From Macrostomum lignano (Eukaryota): 64,000 bases of DNA. The notes below the pieces were generated by a model, which saw nothing but the letters and a program-made list of their open reading frames with translations, did no database searches and had not been told where the DNA came from. The stretch is taken from positions 1-64,000 of the forward strand of contig NIVC01003468.1 of NCBI GenBank assembly GCA_002269645.1, written 5' to 3'. Positions 8,810 to 22,688 of the stretch are shown here, piece after piece. The position numbers and the translations under genes are program-made. Within the stretch, counting starts at the first letter, position 1; every line of letters starts with the position of its first letter.

Positions 8810-11800
8810 CAAGGCCAAAATCCTTCACAATCTGGCCTCACCACTCAAGGCCGAAATCCTTCACAATCTGGCCTCACCACTCAAGGCCGAAATCCTTCAC
8901 AATCTGGCCCTAACTCAAGGCCAAAATCCTTCACAATCTGGCCCTAACTCAAGGCCGAAATCCTTCACAATCTGGCCCTAACTCAAGGCCAAAATCCTTC
9001 ACAATCTGGCCCTAACTCAAGGCCGAAATCCTTCACAATCTGGCCTCACCACTTAAGGCCGAAATTCTTCACAATCTGGCCCTAAATCAAGGCCGAAATC
9101 CTTCACAATCTGGCCCGAACTCAAGGCTGAAATCCCTCACAATCTGGCCTCACCACTCAAGGCCGAAATCCTTCACAATCTGGCCTCACCACTAAAGGCC
9201 AAAATCCTTCACAATCTGGCCTCACCACTCAAGGCCGAAATCCTTCACAATCTGGCCTCACCACTCAAGGCCGAAATCCTTCACAATCTGGCCTCACCAC
9301 TCAAGGCCGAAATCCTTCACAATCTGGCCTCACCACTCAAGGCCGAAATCCTTCACAATCTGGCCTCACCACTCAAGGCCGAAATCCTTCACAATCTGGC
9401 CTCACCACTCAAGGCCGAAATCCTTCACAATCTGGCCTCACCACTCAAGGCCAAAATCCTTCACAATCTGGCCTCACCACTCAAGGCCGAAATCCTTCAC
9501 AATCTGGCCTCACCACTAAAGGCCAAAATCCTTCACAATCTGGCCTCACCACTCAAGGCCGAAATCCTTCACAATCTGGCCTCACCACTCAAGGCCGAAA
9601 TCCTTCACAATCTGGCCTCACCACTCAAGGCCGAAATCCTTCACAATCTGGCCTCACCACTCAAGGCCGAAATCCTTCACAATCTGGCCTCACCACTCAA
9701 GGCCGAAATCCTTCACAATCTGGCCTCACCACTCAAGGCCGAAATCCTTCACAATCTGGCCTCACCACTCAAGGCCGAAATCCTTCACAATCTGGCCTCA
9801 CCACTCAAGGCCGAAATCCTTCACAATCTGGCCCTAACTCAAGGCCAAAATCCTTCACAATCTGGCCCTAACTCAAGGCCAAAATCCTTCACAATCTGGC
9901 CCTAACTCAAGGCCGAAATCCTTCACAATCTGGCCTCACCACTTAAGGCCGAAATTCTTCACAATCTGGCCCTAAATCAAGGCCGAAATCCTTCACAATC
10001 TGGCCCGAACTCAAGGCTGAAATCCCTCACAATCTGGCCTCACCACTCAAGGCCGAAATCCTTCACAATCTGGCCTCACCACTAAAGGCCAAAATCCTTC
10101 ACAATCTGGCCTCACCACTCAAGGCCGAAATCCTTCACAATCTGGCCTCACCACTCAAGGCCGAAATCCTTCACAATCTGGCCTCACCACTCAAGGCCGA
10201 AATCCTTCACAATCTGGCCTCACCACTCAAGGCCGAAATCCTTCACAATCTGGCCTCACCACTCAAGGCCGAAATCCTTCACAATCTGGCCTCACCACTC
10301 AAGGCCGAAATCCTTCACAATCTGGCCTCACCACTCAAGGCCAAAATCCTTCACAATCTGGCCTCACCACTAAAGGCCAAAATCCTTCACAATCTGGCCT
10401 CACCACTCAAGGCCGAAATCCTTCACAATCTGGCCTCACCACTCAAGGCCGAAATCCTTCACAATCTGGCCTCACCACTCAAGGCCGAAATCCTTCACAA
10501 TCTGGCCTCACCACTCAAGGCCGAAATCCTTCACAATCTGGCCTCACCACTCAAGGCCGAAATCCTTCACAATCTGGCCTCACCACTCAAGGCCGAAATC
10601 CTTCACAATCTGGCCTCACCACTCAAGGCCGAAATCCTTCACAATCTGGCCTCACCACTCAAGGCCGAAATCCTTCACAATCTGGCCTCACCACTAAAGG
10701 CCAAAATCCTTCACAATCTGGCCTCACCACTCAAGGCCGAAATCCTTCACAATCTGGCCTCACCACTAAAGGCCGAAATCCTTCACAATCTGGCCTCACC
10801 ACTTAAGGCCGAAATTCTTCACAATCTGGCCCTAAATCAAGGCCGAAATCCTTCACAATCTGGCCCGAACTCAAGGCTGAAATCCCTCACAATCTGGCCT
10901 CACCACTCAAGGCCAAATCCTTCACAATCTGGTCTCACCACTCAAGGCCGAAATCCTTCACAATCTGGCCTCACCACTCAAGGCCAAAATCCTTCACAAT
11001 CTGGCCTCACCACTCAAGGCCGAAATCCTTCACAATCTGGCCTCACCACTCAAGGCCGAAATCCTTCACAATCTGGCCTCACCACTCAAGGCCGAAATCC
11101 TTCACAATCTGGCCTCACCACTAAGGCCAAAATCCTTCACAATCTGGCCTCACCACTCAAGGCCGAAATCCTTCACAATCTGGCCTCACCACTCAAGGCC
11201 GAAATCCTTCACAATCTGGCCTCACCACTCAAGGCCAAAATCCTTCACAATCTGGCCTCACCACTCAAGGCCGAAATCCTTCACAATCTGGCCTCACCAC
11301 TAAAGGCCAAAATCCTTCACAATCTGGCCTCACCACTCAAGGCCGAAATCCTTCACAATCTGGCCTCACCACTCAAGGCCGAAATCCTTCACAATCTGGC
11401 CTCACCACTCAAGGCCGAAATCCTTCACAATCTGGCCTCACCACTCAAGGCCGAAATCCTTCACAATCTGGCCTCGCCACTCAAGGCCGAAATCCTTCAC
11501 AATCTGGCCTCACCACTAAAGGCCAAAATCCTTCACAATCTGGCCTCACCACTCAAGGCCGAAATCCTTCACAATCTGGCCTCACCACTCAAGGCCGAAA
11601 TCCTTCACAATCTGGCCTCACCACTCAAGGCCGAAATCCTTCACAATCTGGCCTCACCACTCAAGGCCGAAATCCTTCACAATCTGGCCTCACCACTCAA
11701 GGCCGAAATCCTTCACAATCTGGCCTCACCACTCAAGGCCGAAATCCTTCACAATCTGGCCCTAAATCAAGGCCGAAATCCTTCACAATCTGGCCCTAAC

Positions 11801-13116
11801 TCAAGGCCGAAATCCTTCACAATCTGGCCTCACCACTTAAGGCCGAAATCTTCACAATCTGGCCCTAAATCAAGGCCGAAATCCTTCACAATCTGGCCCT
11901 AAATCAAGGCCGAAATCCTTCACAATCTGGCCCTAACTCAAGGCCGAAATCCTTCACAATCTGGCCTCACCACTTAAGGCCGAAATCTTCACAATCTGGC
12001 CCTAAATCAAGGCCGAAATCCTTCACAATCTGGCCCGAACTCAAGGCTGAAATCCTCACAATCTGGCCTCACCACTCAAGGCCAAAATCCTTCACAATCT
12101 GGTCTCACCACTCAAGGCCGAAATCCTTCACAATCTGGCCTCACCACTCAAGGCCGAAATCCTTCACAATCTGGCCTCACCACTCAAGGCCGAAATCCTT
12201 CACAATCTGGCCTCACCACTCAAGGCCGAAATCCTTCACAATCTGGCCTCACCACTCAAGGCCGAAATCCTTCACAATCTGGCCTCACCACTCAAGGCCG
12301 AAATCCTTCACAATCTGGCCTCACCACTCAAGGCCAAAATCCTTCACAATCTGGCCTCACCACTCAAGGCCGAAATCCTTCACAATCTGGCCTCACCACT
12401 AAAGGCCAAAATCCTTCACAATCTGGCCTCACCACTCAAGGCCGAAATCCTTCACAATCTGGCCTCACCACTCAAGGCCGAAATCCTTCACAATCTGGCC
12501 TAACCACTCAAGGCCGAAATCCTTCACAATCTGGCCTCACCACTCAAGGCCGAAATCCTTCACAATCTGGCCTCGCCACTCAAGGCCGAAATCCTTCACA
12601 ATCTGGCCTCACCACTAAAGGCCAAAATCCTTCACAATCTGGCCTCACCACTCAAGGCCGAAATCCTTCACAATCTGGCCTCGCCACTCAAGGCCGAAAT
12701 CCTTCACAATCTGGCCTCACCACTCAAGGCCGAAATCCTTCACAATCTGGCCTCACCACTCAAGGCCGAAATCCTTCACAATCTGGCCTCACCACTCAAG
12801 GCCGAAATCCTTCACAATCTGGCCTCACCACTCAAGGCCGAAATCCTTCACAATCTGGCCTCACCACTCAAGGCCGAAATCCTTCACAATCTGGCCTCAC
12901 CACTCAAGGCCGAAATCCTTCACAATCTGGCCTCACCACTCAAGGCCGAAATCCTTCACAATCTGGCCCTAAATCAAGGCCGAAATCCTTCACAATCTGG
13001 CCCTAAATCAAGGCCGAAATCCTTCACAATCTGGCCCTAACTCAAGGCCGAAATCCTTCACAATCTGGCCTCACCACTTAAGGCCGAAATTCTTCACAAT
13101 CTGGCCCTAAATCAAG
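8810..13116. repeat. 4.3-kb minisatellite, 36-bp unit (34-bp variants) with higher-order structure
   Basis: Unit CAAGGCCGAAATCCTTCACAATCTGGCCTCACCACT; a diagnostic variant cluster recurs at ~9001, ~9891, ~10790, ~11760-12060 and ~12960. Confidence 0.95.
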
Positions 13117-14584
13117 CCCGTGCTTTCCTACGAGACCAAAGATCGTACACTCAGCTATATCGATTTTTTCCTCGCCTTCGCGCGCGTGCTTGGCTCCAGG
13201 AATGCACGAGCATGCGTTCTAGAACTTTCTACGCTCTAAACCGCTGGCTATATAAAAGCAAACATCGACCAATCGGACCTCTTCACTCAATGCCTTCACT
13301 CACCACAAAAAAAGAAACGTATCAAAAAATTGAAACAAAATTTAAAAGAAAAAATTAGTGTAGACTATTTGCACAGCCAAAGTAATCTCTTTGGCCGAGC
13401 CGCTTCAACCAGATTGCTCCCCGCCTGACTTCCACGTGCTTGCCGAAGCAAAGGTTGGCGGTGAGCCGGTGACGATGTGCCGGTTGAGTGCGGAGTGCAC
13501 AAGTTGGCGCCTCAGTTGCTTCAGTTTCTCCCATTAGAGTTCAAATTAAAGCCCGGGATGCCCAGCTTCAGCTCACCTTTAGCAGTCAGTGTAAAAGCGC
13601 CGAATTGTGTTAAATCGGTTGCCCTCATACGAGCGTACTGTTGTACTTGCACTTTGAATCCGTCGCAAAGATCCGTTGTGGAGATTAAAGCTTGCGATAT
13701 GATGGTCCTGTTCTTATTGTTCTCTCCCATTCAGAATCAGCTCAAAATCGCCCCCTCTTATGCACTCCGGCTGGTCGGTAACATGGCGTGGGTGGGTGGA
13801 GTTTAACGTCAACGTCAGTTCACGAATTGAAGTGCTTTCACTAGATTATTCCTTATTTAATTACCCCACTCTCTGTAAGCAAGTGCATCAGAATGGCTTA
13901 AACAAAGGTCCCTTTCCTTCCTTTCTAAGTATTCAGTGAAGGCTGGGCAATCATTAGTTGTCACTGTGAGTCAGCTGCCACTGTGATTCAGCTGTCACTG
14001 TGAGTCAGCTGTCACTGTGAGTCAGCTGTCAGTCAGCTGTCACTGTGAGTCAGCTGTCAGCCAGCTGTCACTGTCAGTCACTGTCACTGTGAGTCAGCTG
14101 TCACTGTGAGTCAGCTGTCAGTCAGCTGTCACTGTCAGTCAGCTGTCACTGTCAGTCAGTGTAGAGAGCGAAGCCGAGAGAGAGAAAGTTATGTGTTGTG
14201 TGTGTAGCCGATAAAGCCTCAATCTATTGTAGGCTCTGTGCGATCAATTTATATATTTAGCAGCGACCCTGCAGTTGAGACTGCGTACATTAAAAACAGA
14301 AAGCCAAGAATATTGGCTGTACATCGGAAATGCACACCAGGACTAAAATCACTTATTATGCAAGCACTGGGCAGCAGGTGCCTACAGTCAGCTGTCACTG
14401 TCAGTCAGCTGTCACTGTCAGTCAGCTGTCACTGTCAGTCAGCTGTCACTGTCAGTCAGCTGTCACTGTCAGTCAGCTGTCACTGTCAGTCAGCTGTCAT
14501 CACTGTCAATCAGCTGCCGCAGACCCGCTGTCAAGCCGGAGTCGCAAGGCCTCACTGGTCAGTGAAACCGGTCCAGTCCAACAA

Positions 14585-14841
14585 CTCTCTTTCAACCTAC
14601 AGTCAGATGTCACAAGACAGCTTCCATTTCCTGTGATCTCCATGCCGGATAACAGAGTCAGTGCCGTAAGATGTCCGGAAGAGACACCTCAAAGTGCCCG
14701 GACATTGCAAAGTAGCTCAAGATATCCGGGAAGAGGAAAACAAAGCAGGTTTTGCTTGGCAGTATCCGGGCGGATATCGTAAGTGCATTCAGATATCCGG
14801 ACCAGACAAAAAAACCCGGATAGTCTAAAGTGTAGCACCGG
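14585..14841 (+). repeat. ~255-bp CCGG/ATATCCGG-rich module, copy 1
   Basis: Direct-orientation homologue at 17273-17529; both end in CCCGGATAGTCTAAAGTGTA(G/A)CACCGG. Confidence 0.8.
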
Positions 14842-15274
14842 TCTGCTTACGAGACTTAGCGTTAAATCAGTCTTTCTTGGCGCCATTTTTCAACTGATGG
14901 AAGTTGTTGAAAATCAGGCGTAACAGGGAGCTTAAAATAATCCATCGAAACACATGTTAAACTCCATCAATACTACTTGAAGTATTATTAAGAGCCGCCA
15001 ATACGCGCTAAAAAACCTACTCACTTGACTCCTCATTCCCGCAGTCAGTAAGCAGGCGAACTCAGTCAGCACACAGTGCTGCATTCATCCCGGCAGTCCC
15101 GTTTCCATGGAGATTTTCTATAGGCCTCGGATTCGGCTGAGCGGGCTTAGGCGTGAAACTGCTCAAGCAGCCCGTGTCATTGCCTTATCGACTGGTGAGT
15201 AGATGGGTTTAAAAATGGCTGACTGAATGAATGCGAGAAACAATGACTGCTGGTGCGGGGCCGGGCCTTTTTTA

Positions 15275-15900
15275 CTGGGAACGCAGCATCTCAGCACTAC
15301 AGCTCAGGCTGCTGCCTTGAATGCATCTCAGCAGGGTGAACTGCAGTTCAGAGGTGCTGCCTTGAATGCATCTCAGCAGGGTGAACTGCAGCTCAGAGGT
15401 GCTGCCTTGAATGCATCTCAGCAGGGTGAACTGCAGCTCAGAGGTGCTGCCTTGAATGCATCTCAGCAGGGTGAACTGCAGCTCAGAGGTGCTGCCTTGA
15501 ATGCATCTCAGCAGGGTGAACTGCAGCTTAAAGGTGCTGCCTTGAATGCATCTCAGCAGGGTGAACTGCAGTTCAGAGGTGCTGCCTTGAATGCATCTCA
15601 GCAGGGTGAACTACAGCTCAGGCTGCTGCCTTGAATGCATCTCAGCAGGGTGAACTGCAGTTCAGAGGTGCTGCCTTGAATGCATCTCAGCAGGGTGAAC
15701 TGCAGCTTAAAGGTGCTGCCTTGAATGCATCTCAGCAGGGTGAACTGCAGTTCAGAGGTGCTGCCTTGAATGCATCTCAGCAGGGTGAACTGCAGTTCAG
15801 AGGTGCTGCCTTGAATGCATCTCAGCAGGGTGAACTGCAGTTCAGAGGTGCTGCCTTGAATGCCCCTTCAGTTCACCCTGCTGAGATGCTGCGTTCCCAG
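15275..15900. mobile_element. 626-bp MITE, TA-flanked, 22-bp TIRs, interior is a 45-bp tandem array
   Basis: TA|CTGGGAACGCAGCATCTCAGCA ... TGCTGAGATGCTGCGTTCCCAG|TA; about 13 internal copies of GGTGCTGCCTTGAATGCATCTCAGCAGGGTGAACTGCAGCTCAGA. Confidence 0.85.
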
Positions 15901-16494
15901 TAAAAAACTCCCGGTGTTAGGCTTTCTGTTCTCCGGGGTCTTAATTTATCCGGGGACATCGCAAAGCAAAATTATTGTCGCTTTGCGATAACCTACCCTG
16001 GATAATCCAAGGCACAACAAAATCGGGCATTGAAATATCCTGGGTTTTAAACTGTCCAGGTGAATAAAGATTTGGGTGGCAAGGTGGTCAAGTTATTTAC
16101 CTGATAAAGCGCATGTGAATGGGGCAGGACATCATTTCGAGAGAATGGGGCTGACTCAGAGGCCAGGGAAGGGCCCTGACTGCACCTTAGACAGGGGAGG
16201 GGCAGATGAGATGCAGTCTAAGAATAAATCGATAATGGACTGGCGTCACATTGCTAGCATTACAAGCGTACGTGCAATGAAGATCAGTGTACGAGCTAAT
16301 AGCCCACAAAGGAAAGTGTTGCGCAAATTACGAGTATATTACACGTAACTTTTAAGACATATAGAGTTTATTTCTTGTCAAAGTTCTACGTTTAGGAAAA
16401 TTTATCTCTCGGTGGATAAAGTATCGCTGAACCAAGTGTTTTTTTATTTTTTGAACGACGAGTATGTTGATAGAGAGATGTATGTTGAGAGTAT

Positions 16495-16882
<388 letters not shown>

Positions 16883-17272
16883 GTTGAGAGAGAGATTATT
16901 CACAGATAATCTACGCTCGTAAAAAGAAAAATCAGAGAAAAGAGCAAAAACTTCACGCTTCATTCAGCGGATGGCCTGTTTTTGATTGATCGAATTACAT
17001 GTAGATTGGTGAATCAAGTAACAGTTTTTCGGTTCACAATGTATAGTATCAATAGCTTTAATTTTACTTCTGTTTGGAGTGTGTGAAATGCAAAATAGTG
17101 ATTGAAAATATACTCGGTTAAAGAAGCATGACGCAGATTTTTGCCGATTGAAAAAATAGCAAAAAGTTTTTTCTACTTTGTGAAAATTGATTTCGAAATT
17201 TTGCTATTCCTAACCCCCGGATATCAGTAGCCGGATGTCCTAAAGCAAACCTCTGTCTACGCAGGCTGACCC

Positions 17273-17529
17273 CTCTCTTTCAACCTATAGTCGGATATCC
17301 CAAGACAACTTCCCCTTCTTGTGATCTCCGGGCCGGATAGCAGAGTCAGTGCCGTAGGATGTCCGGGAGAGACAATCAAAGTGCCCGGACAATGCAAAGC
17401 AGCTCAAGATATCCGGGAAGGAGAAAACAAAGCAGGTTTTTGCTTGGCAGTATCCGGGCGGATATCGTAAGTGCGTTCGGATATCTGGGCCAGACAAAAA
17501 AACCCGGATAGTCTAAAGTGTAACACCGG
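17273..17529 (+). repeat. ~255-bp CCGG-rich module, copy 2
   Basis: Homologous to 14585-14841. Confidence 0.8.
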
Positions 17530-19269
17530 CCCCGCACCAGCAGTCATTGTTTCTCGCATCTCATTCAGTCAGTCATTTTTAAACCCACCTACTCACCAGT
17601 CGATGAGGCAATGACACGGGCTGCTTGAGCAGTTTCACGCCTAAGCTCGCTCAGCCGAATCCGAGGCCTATAGAAAATCTCCATGGAAACGGGACCGCCT
17701 CTATAAATGCAGAAGTGAAAGGCAGCACTGGGGGCTGACTGGGTTCGCCTGCTTACTGACTGCGGGGCTGAGAAGGAGTCAGTGAGTGCTTTTGTGAGCA
17801 GCGCATATTCGCGGCTCTTAATACTTCAAGTAGTATTTATAGAGTTTCAATATTTATTTGGATTGAACCCTTCAAGCCTCCTGTTTCGCTTGATGTTCAA
17901 CAACTGAACAATGATCAGTTGAAAAATGGCAATAAGAAAAGCTGATTTTACGCAGAAATTAACTTGTCATTCTTGTAAGCAGACTGGCGTTACTCTCAGA
18001 TGATGGACTGGACCGGTTTCACTGACCTGTGGGGCCTTATACGACTCCGCTTGACAGCGGCTCTGCGGCAGCTGACTGACAGTGACAGCTGACTCACAGT
18101 GACAGCTGACTCACAGTGACAGCTGACTCACAGTGACAGCTGACTCACAGTGACAGCTGACTCACAGTGACAGCTGACTCACAGTGACAGCTGACTCACA
18201 GTGACAGCTGACTCACAGTGACAGCTGACTCACAGTGACAGCTGACTCACAGTGACAGCTGACTCACAGTGACAGCTGACTCACAGTGACAGCTGACTCA
18301 CAGTGACAGCTGACTCAAAGTAACATTACTAGTTTCGTGTCGTTAAAGGAACCAAACGAAGGCTGCTTTAAACAGAGAGCATTGCGTACAACAAATAATA
18401 CTCGTAAAATACGCTGTCAGGGTCTTTAGAAACCATGCAGCGTCACAGGGCCAGGTCGATAACGAAGGCCACACCGCTGACCGAATCCGTGGCAGTCGAC
18501 GAAACGGAGGGCGCGCCTGTCCCTGTCGGTAGGGCGCCTTCCACATCAGCGGCAGCACCGCCTGCACCGGCTGCTGGCAGTGCCGACTCAGCGCAGATGA
18601 TGCGGTCTGCCAGCTGTAAACGCCGACGACACCACAGCTCTGCGACTTTCTACACAACTTTTTAATTTTTATACAGCTGTCTGTACAATGGCAATTAGCT
18701 TTGGTCACTATTCCACAGTTGCTCCCCAAATGTACATTCACCCCAATATACAAATTTGATCACGTGACTGCCTTTCGACGGCTATTATCTATGGCACCTG
18801 TGCCACGCGCCATTATTGGACTGGGCTGCATCACTAACAAAATGCTATTTATCTGGGTGAAAGTGCGGATATATAGGAGCCAAAATGGCAGCCCCACTCG
18901 CACTCACTCACTTCACTTTGACAGTTTGATAGTGGATTCCCTTGATCAAATTTTCTTTATGTTTTTGGTCTACTGGCTTTGACTGGAGTTTGAGCACTGA
19001 ACTTGGGCAGAGTCCTCAGTCAGCCGAGAACAAGTTTGACGGCTTTGAGGCATGCGGAAGAACTGTACTTGGTAACAGATGACCCCCCACTCATGCTGCC
19101 ACACGGCTGGTGATCAGGATGCCAGGAGACACGATACTGAAACTGGCATTAAAGGCACACATTGCTTAAATTTTGTGCCGGGGTGAGTTTGGGGCCGGCT
19201 GTTGCTGAGTATAACACTTTACACCGCGTTGCTAAGCAGGTTGGGGTGCAGGTAGCCTCATGCAACCAA

Positions 19270-19470
19270 ACAACAGATATTTTGGGTTTTACATATTTGC
19301 CATGCCAAGCTTTGTTTGCTTGCATCCAAGAGGCTGCAAATCAGAGTCCAAAGCCGGTTGCTGCGCGTCTTGAATTCAGCCTCGAGCGATTCTTCAATTT
19401 CTGACAGCTTTGTCACTGCGGTATCGAGTGTCACTCACGCCAGAAAATAATATTCTTTTAACGCAGAAAA
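19270..19470 (+). pseudogene. Possible decayed hAT transposase C-terminal dimerisation segment
   Basis: DILGF...SLERFFNF, then after a frameshift LTALSLRYRVSLTPEN, resembling the hAT 'ERxFS...R..LxPEN' motif. Weak. Confidence 0.3.
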
Positions 19471-19929
19471 GTTTTTTTCGTAGCAAAATTAGCCAATTCA
19501 GAAAAGATGAAAGCAAAGGAACAGTATGGTTGGTCCACGTAATTCAAAATATAATTTTTTGCAGTTGGCAATTTGCTCAGCAGGCCATGAAAACTCAATT
19601 TGACTGCAACGAAACTCCATGCGGAACAGAGGACATGAGGCGTTAAGCCCGCGGCTTAACGGGCTCGTACACGACTTGTTTGCAAAGCTGCTTGCAAACG
19701 GTTGCAGTCTGGGCCGGATACCTGATGCCGCCGGAGCAGTGAGAAAGGCCTCTGCTGTCTCACTCTCGTCAGCATGTCAGCATCCCGAGCTGCAGCTCAG
19801 TAGCTCAGAATAAATAGCTGCGAATCTGTTTAAGCCAGAGCTGCGCGCTGCTTTGCTCCGCATTGGACTCAGGGGAGCTTGGCACTGAATTTTGCGGGTC
19901 CCAACTGGTCTCAAGCCAAAGCTGCCAGA

Positions 19930-20697
19930 ATGCTGGCACTGCACGCCCTGCTGCTGCTGCTGCTGTGGGCGGCGCCTCCACAGCTGCTGTCCGAGTCCTG
20001 CAGCTCCCCCAGAGCCGCCTTCCACCCAACCACTGGCCTGGACTGCGTGAGCTCCGACTTCACTCGGACACTGTCCGGTCTGTGCTCACCGCTCGAGTGC
20101 AGCCACGCCTGCGCCAACAAGCGAAGCTGCCAGGCCTTCACGGTGAGGAGCAGCGGTGCCTGCCAGTGCAGGCTGTTCGAGTTCGACAAGTGCAGCCACC
20201 GCGTGCAGTCGGTGCCGAACTGCACCAACCAGGTGACTGTGTATGTGAGGTCTCTGCCTGGCGTGCCTCCGGGCCACCTGTGCCCGCCCGAATACCGGCA
20301 TGCCAGGTACGGCACCTCCTACAAGCTGGTCACCGCGGGTGCTGTCACCTGGAGCGCTGCCAGCCAGAGCTGCAGCTCGGATCCCGGACTGTCCAAGTTC
20401 GCTGACGCAATTGACCGAGACGAAGCCGAGTACCTGCAGCTGCTGCAGCACCGAATCGCCAGCTCCAGCAGCTTCTTCATCGGCGGGCGCGCTGAGCAGC
20501 CCAGAAACAAATCGAACTGGTTCTGGACGGCCTGCCAGCTGCCCGTTGACCCGACCGTCTGGCACTCCGGGGAGCCGAATACTGACGCACCGTCTGCCTG
20601 CGCCAGCCTCTACAGCGGTTTTTCGTCCGGTGGGCAGGACGATACACACTGCCATCGGAACCGTCGATTCGTCTGCGAGTGCCAGTCCGTGTTCTGA
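19930..20697 (+). CDS. Secreted PAN/apple + C-type lectin domain protein, single exon, about 255 aa
   Basis: Signal peptide MLALHALLLLLLWAA; PAN pattern (ECSHACANKRSCQAF...C); CTLD with TWSAASQSC, FFIGG, WFW, WHSGEPN (EPN mannose-type motif), DDTHC, FVCE. Confidence 0.88.
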   Translation: MLALHALLLLLLWAAPPQLLSESCSSPRAAFHPTTGLDCVSSDFTRTLSGLCSPLECSHACANKRSCQAFTVRSSGACQCRLFEFDKCSHRVQSVPNCTNQVTVYVRSLPGVPPGHLCPPEYRHARYGTSYKLVTAGAVTWSAASQSCSSDPGLSKFADAIDRDEAEYLQLLQHRIASSSSFFIGGRAEQPRNKSNWFWTACQLPVDPTVWHSGEPNTDAPSACASLYSGFSSGGQDDTHCHRNRRFVCECQSVF

Positions 20698-20859
20698 GGT
20701 GGCGCGCTTTTGTAACCGGACGCGTTTGCACTATGAAGTGTGCACTCAATAAGCTGTCATTTCTCGGAGTTGTGAAGCTGCTGAACTGATAGATGAAACT
20801 GGGATAAATACGAGCTAGTTACCCGCTTTTACTACTTATAGTAGCAGAATAAAGCAATC

Positions 20860-21756
20860 ATTTTTCTGAAGCTGTACTCCCTCCTTGAAGCTGCCACTTG
20901 TCCTAAAAGTGCAATTGCTGTTCTGAAGCTGCACTTATTGTCCTGAAACTATAATCCTTGTCCTGAAGATGCAAATTATTGTCCGATCCTGAATCTTTAA
21001 CTCTTTAACCTAAAGCTGTAATCCTTGTCCTAAAGCTGTAATCTCTGTCCTGAAGCTGTCATCTCTGTCCTGAAGCTGTCATCTCTGTCCTGAAGCTGTA
21101 ATCTCTGTCCTGAAGCTGTCATCTCTGTCCTGAAGCTGTCATCTCTGTCCTGAAGCTGTAATCTCTGTCTTGAAGCTGTAATCTCTGTCCTGAAGCTGTA
21201 ATCCTTGTCCTGAAGCTGTAATCTCTGTCCTAAGCTGTAATCTCTATCTTGAAGCTGTAATCTCTGTCCTGAAGCTGTCATCTCTGTCCTGAAGCTGTAA
21301 TCTCTGTCTTGAAGCTGTAATCTCTGTCCTGAAGCTGTAATCTCTGTCCTAAGCTGTAATCTCTGTCCTGAAGCTGTAATCTCTGTCCTGAAGCTGTAAT
21401 CTCTGTCCGGAAGCTGTAATCTCTGTCCTGAAGCTGTAATCTCTGTCCTGAAGCTGTCATCTCTGTCCTGAAGCTGTCATCTCTGTCCTGAAGCTGTCAT
21501 CTCTGTCCTGAAGCTGTAATCTCTGTCCTGAAGCTGCAATAGCTCTGTTCTGAAGCTGTAATCTCTGTCCTGAAGCTGTAATCTCTGTCCTGAAGCTGTA
21601 ATCTCTGTCCTGAAGCTGTCATCTCTGTCCTGAAGCTGTCATCTGTGTTGAAGCTGTCATGTGTCCTGAAGCTGTCATCTCTGTCCTAAAGCTGTAATTT
21701 TTTCTTGAAGCTGTCAACTCTGAGTCTAAAAGTGCAATTGCTGTTCTGAAGCTGCG
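20860..21756. repeat. ~20-bp minisatellite (TCTCTGTCCTGAAGCTGTAA) with degenerate flanks
   Basis: Tandem units; CTAAAAGTGCAATTGCTGTTCTGAAGCTGC occurs near both edges. Confidence 0.9.
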
Positions 21757-22688
21757 ATCTTCATCGGTTGGGATGCAGGTGAACAGTATAACTAAAGTAG
21801 AAGGTCAAAACAATAAAATTGCAGCGAGAATCACTCGCCCAAATGATTGAGATGATGCAGGGCAGGCCTAGCCCAGTCGATGTATTAATAAGACACCAAA
21901 TCCACAATATCAAGAATATATATTTATAAATTAGCCACTCTGAATGTCACAGGAGAGCTTACTGCTATACACTTATATCAATATGGACTGTAAAGCAAAA
22001 ACCAGTCAGCCAATCACAACAGCCGGCCAGACGGAATCAAAATCAATAACATAGCAAATTTCCTTAAAATATGGGAAAAGCAATGAATGAAGATAAGCTG
22101 CTGGATGGTGTGTGTGCTGTAAAGATGCGGATAATGCAGAAAATTGTAGTTATATTTGTTCTAAACAATGCTCGGAAAGCTGTCACAAAGTTGTGCACAC
22201 AAATCCTCAAGGTTCTCCGCGTAGCTGCTGTGGATATCGCGGGGTCAACTAATAAATAAACAAAATTCAAAACATCTACAAATCTTAATTTTTTGACAAA
22301 GAAAATAAAAGACACGAAGAAATAACAATTGAGTAGAAAGCAAGAAACAAATTTTCTGTAACTAAAAACGAAACACGGTGCGGAGAACACGGTAAGAGAA
22401 CATAAATGTTTCCAGAAATATAAGACAATTTGAATGAGATCCGGGTTAGCGGCTGACTGACACGACACGCAGTGCGGCTCAAATGTATTCAAGTAATGAG
22501 TAAAGAACGAATGGGGCGGCTCCATCTGTGGGTTGCGGCAATCCCCTTCAAGGTCCTCTGGCGGGCCGCCGCAATCCCCATTAAGGTCCTCTGCTGGCGG
22601 GCCGCCGCAATCCCCATTAAGGTCCTCTGACGGGCCGCCGCAATCCCCTTCAAGGTCCTCTGGCGGCCCGCCGTAATCAGCCAGTTTC

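Noticed and set aside
13383-13806. Overlapping ORFs after the satellite as a viral or TE gene
   Set aside because: Short, multiple stops, no recognisable motif.
15130-15165. Hammerhead ribozyme in the conserved arm core (CTGAGCG..GTGAAAC)
   Set aside because: The core does not match CUGANGA-stem II-GAAA and I could not identify stems I and III. A covariance search would be needed.
18380-18660. GC-rich coding-like island (minus frame ...ELWCRRRLQLADRIIC...)
   Set aside because: No start codon, no linkable upstream exon and no motif; cannot be supported as a gene.
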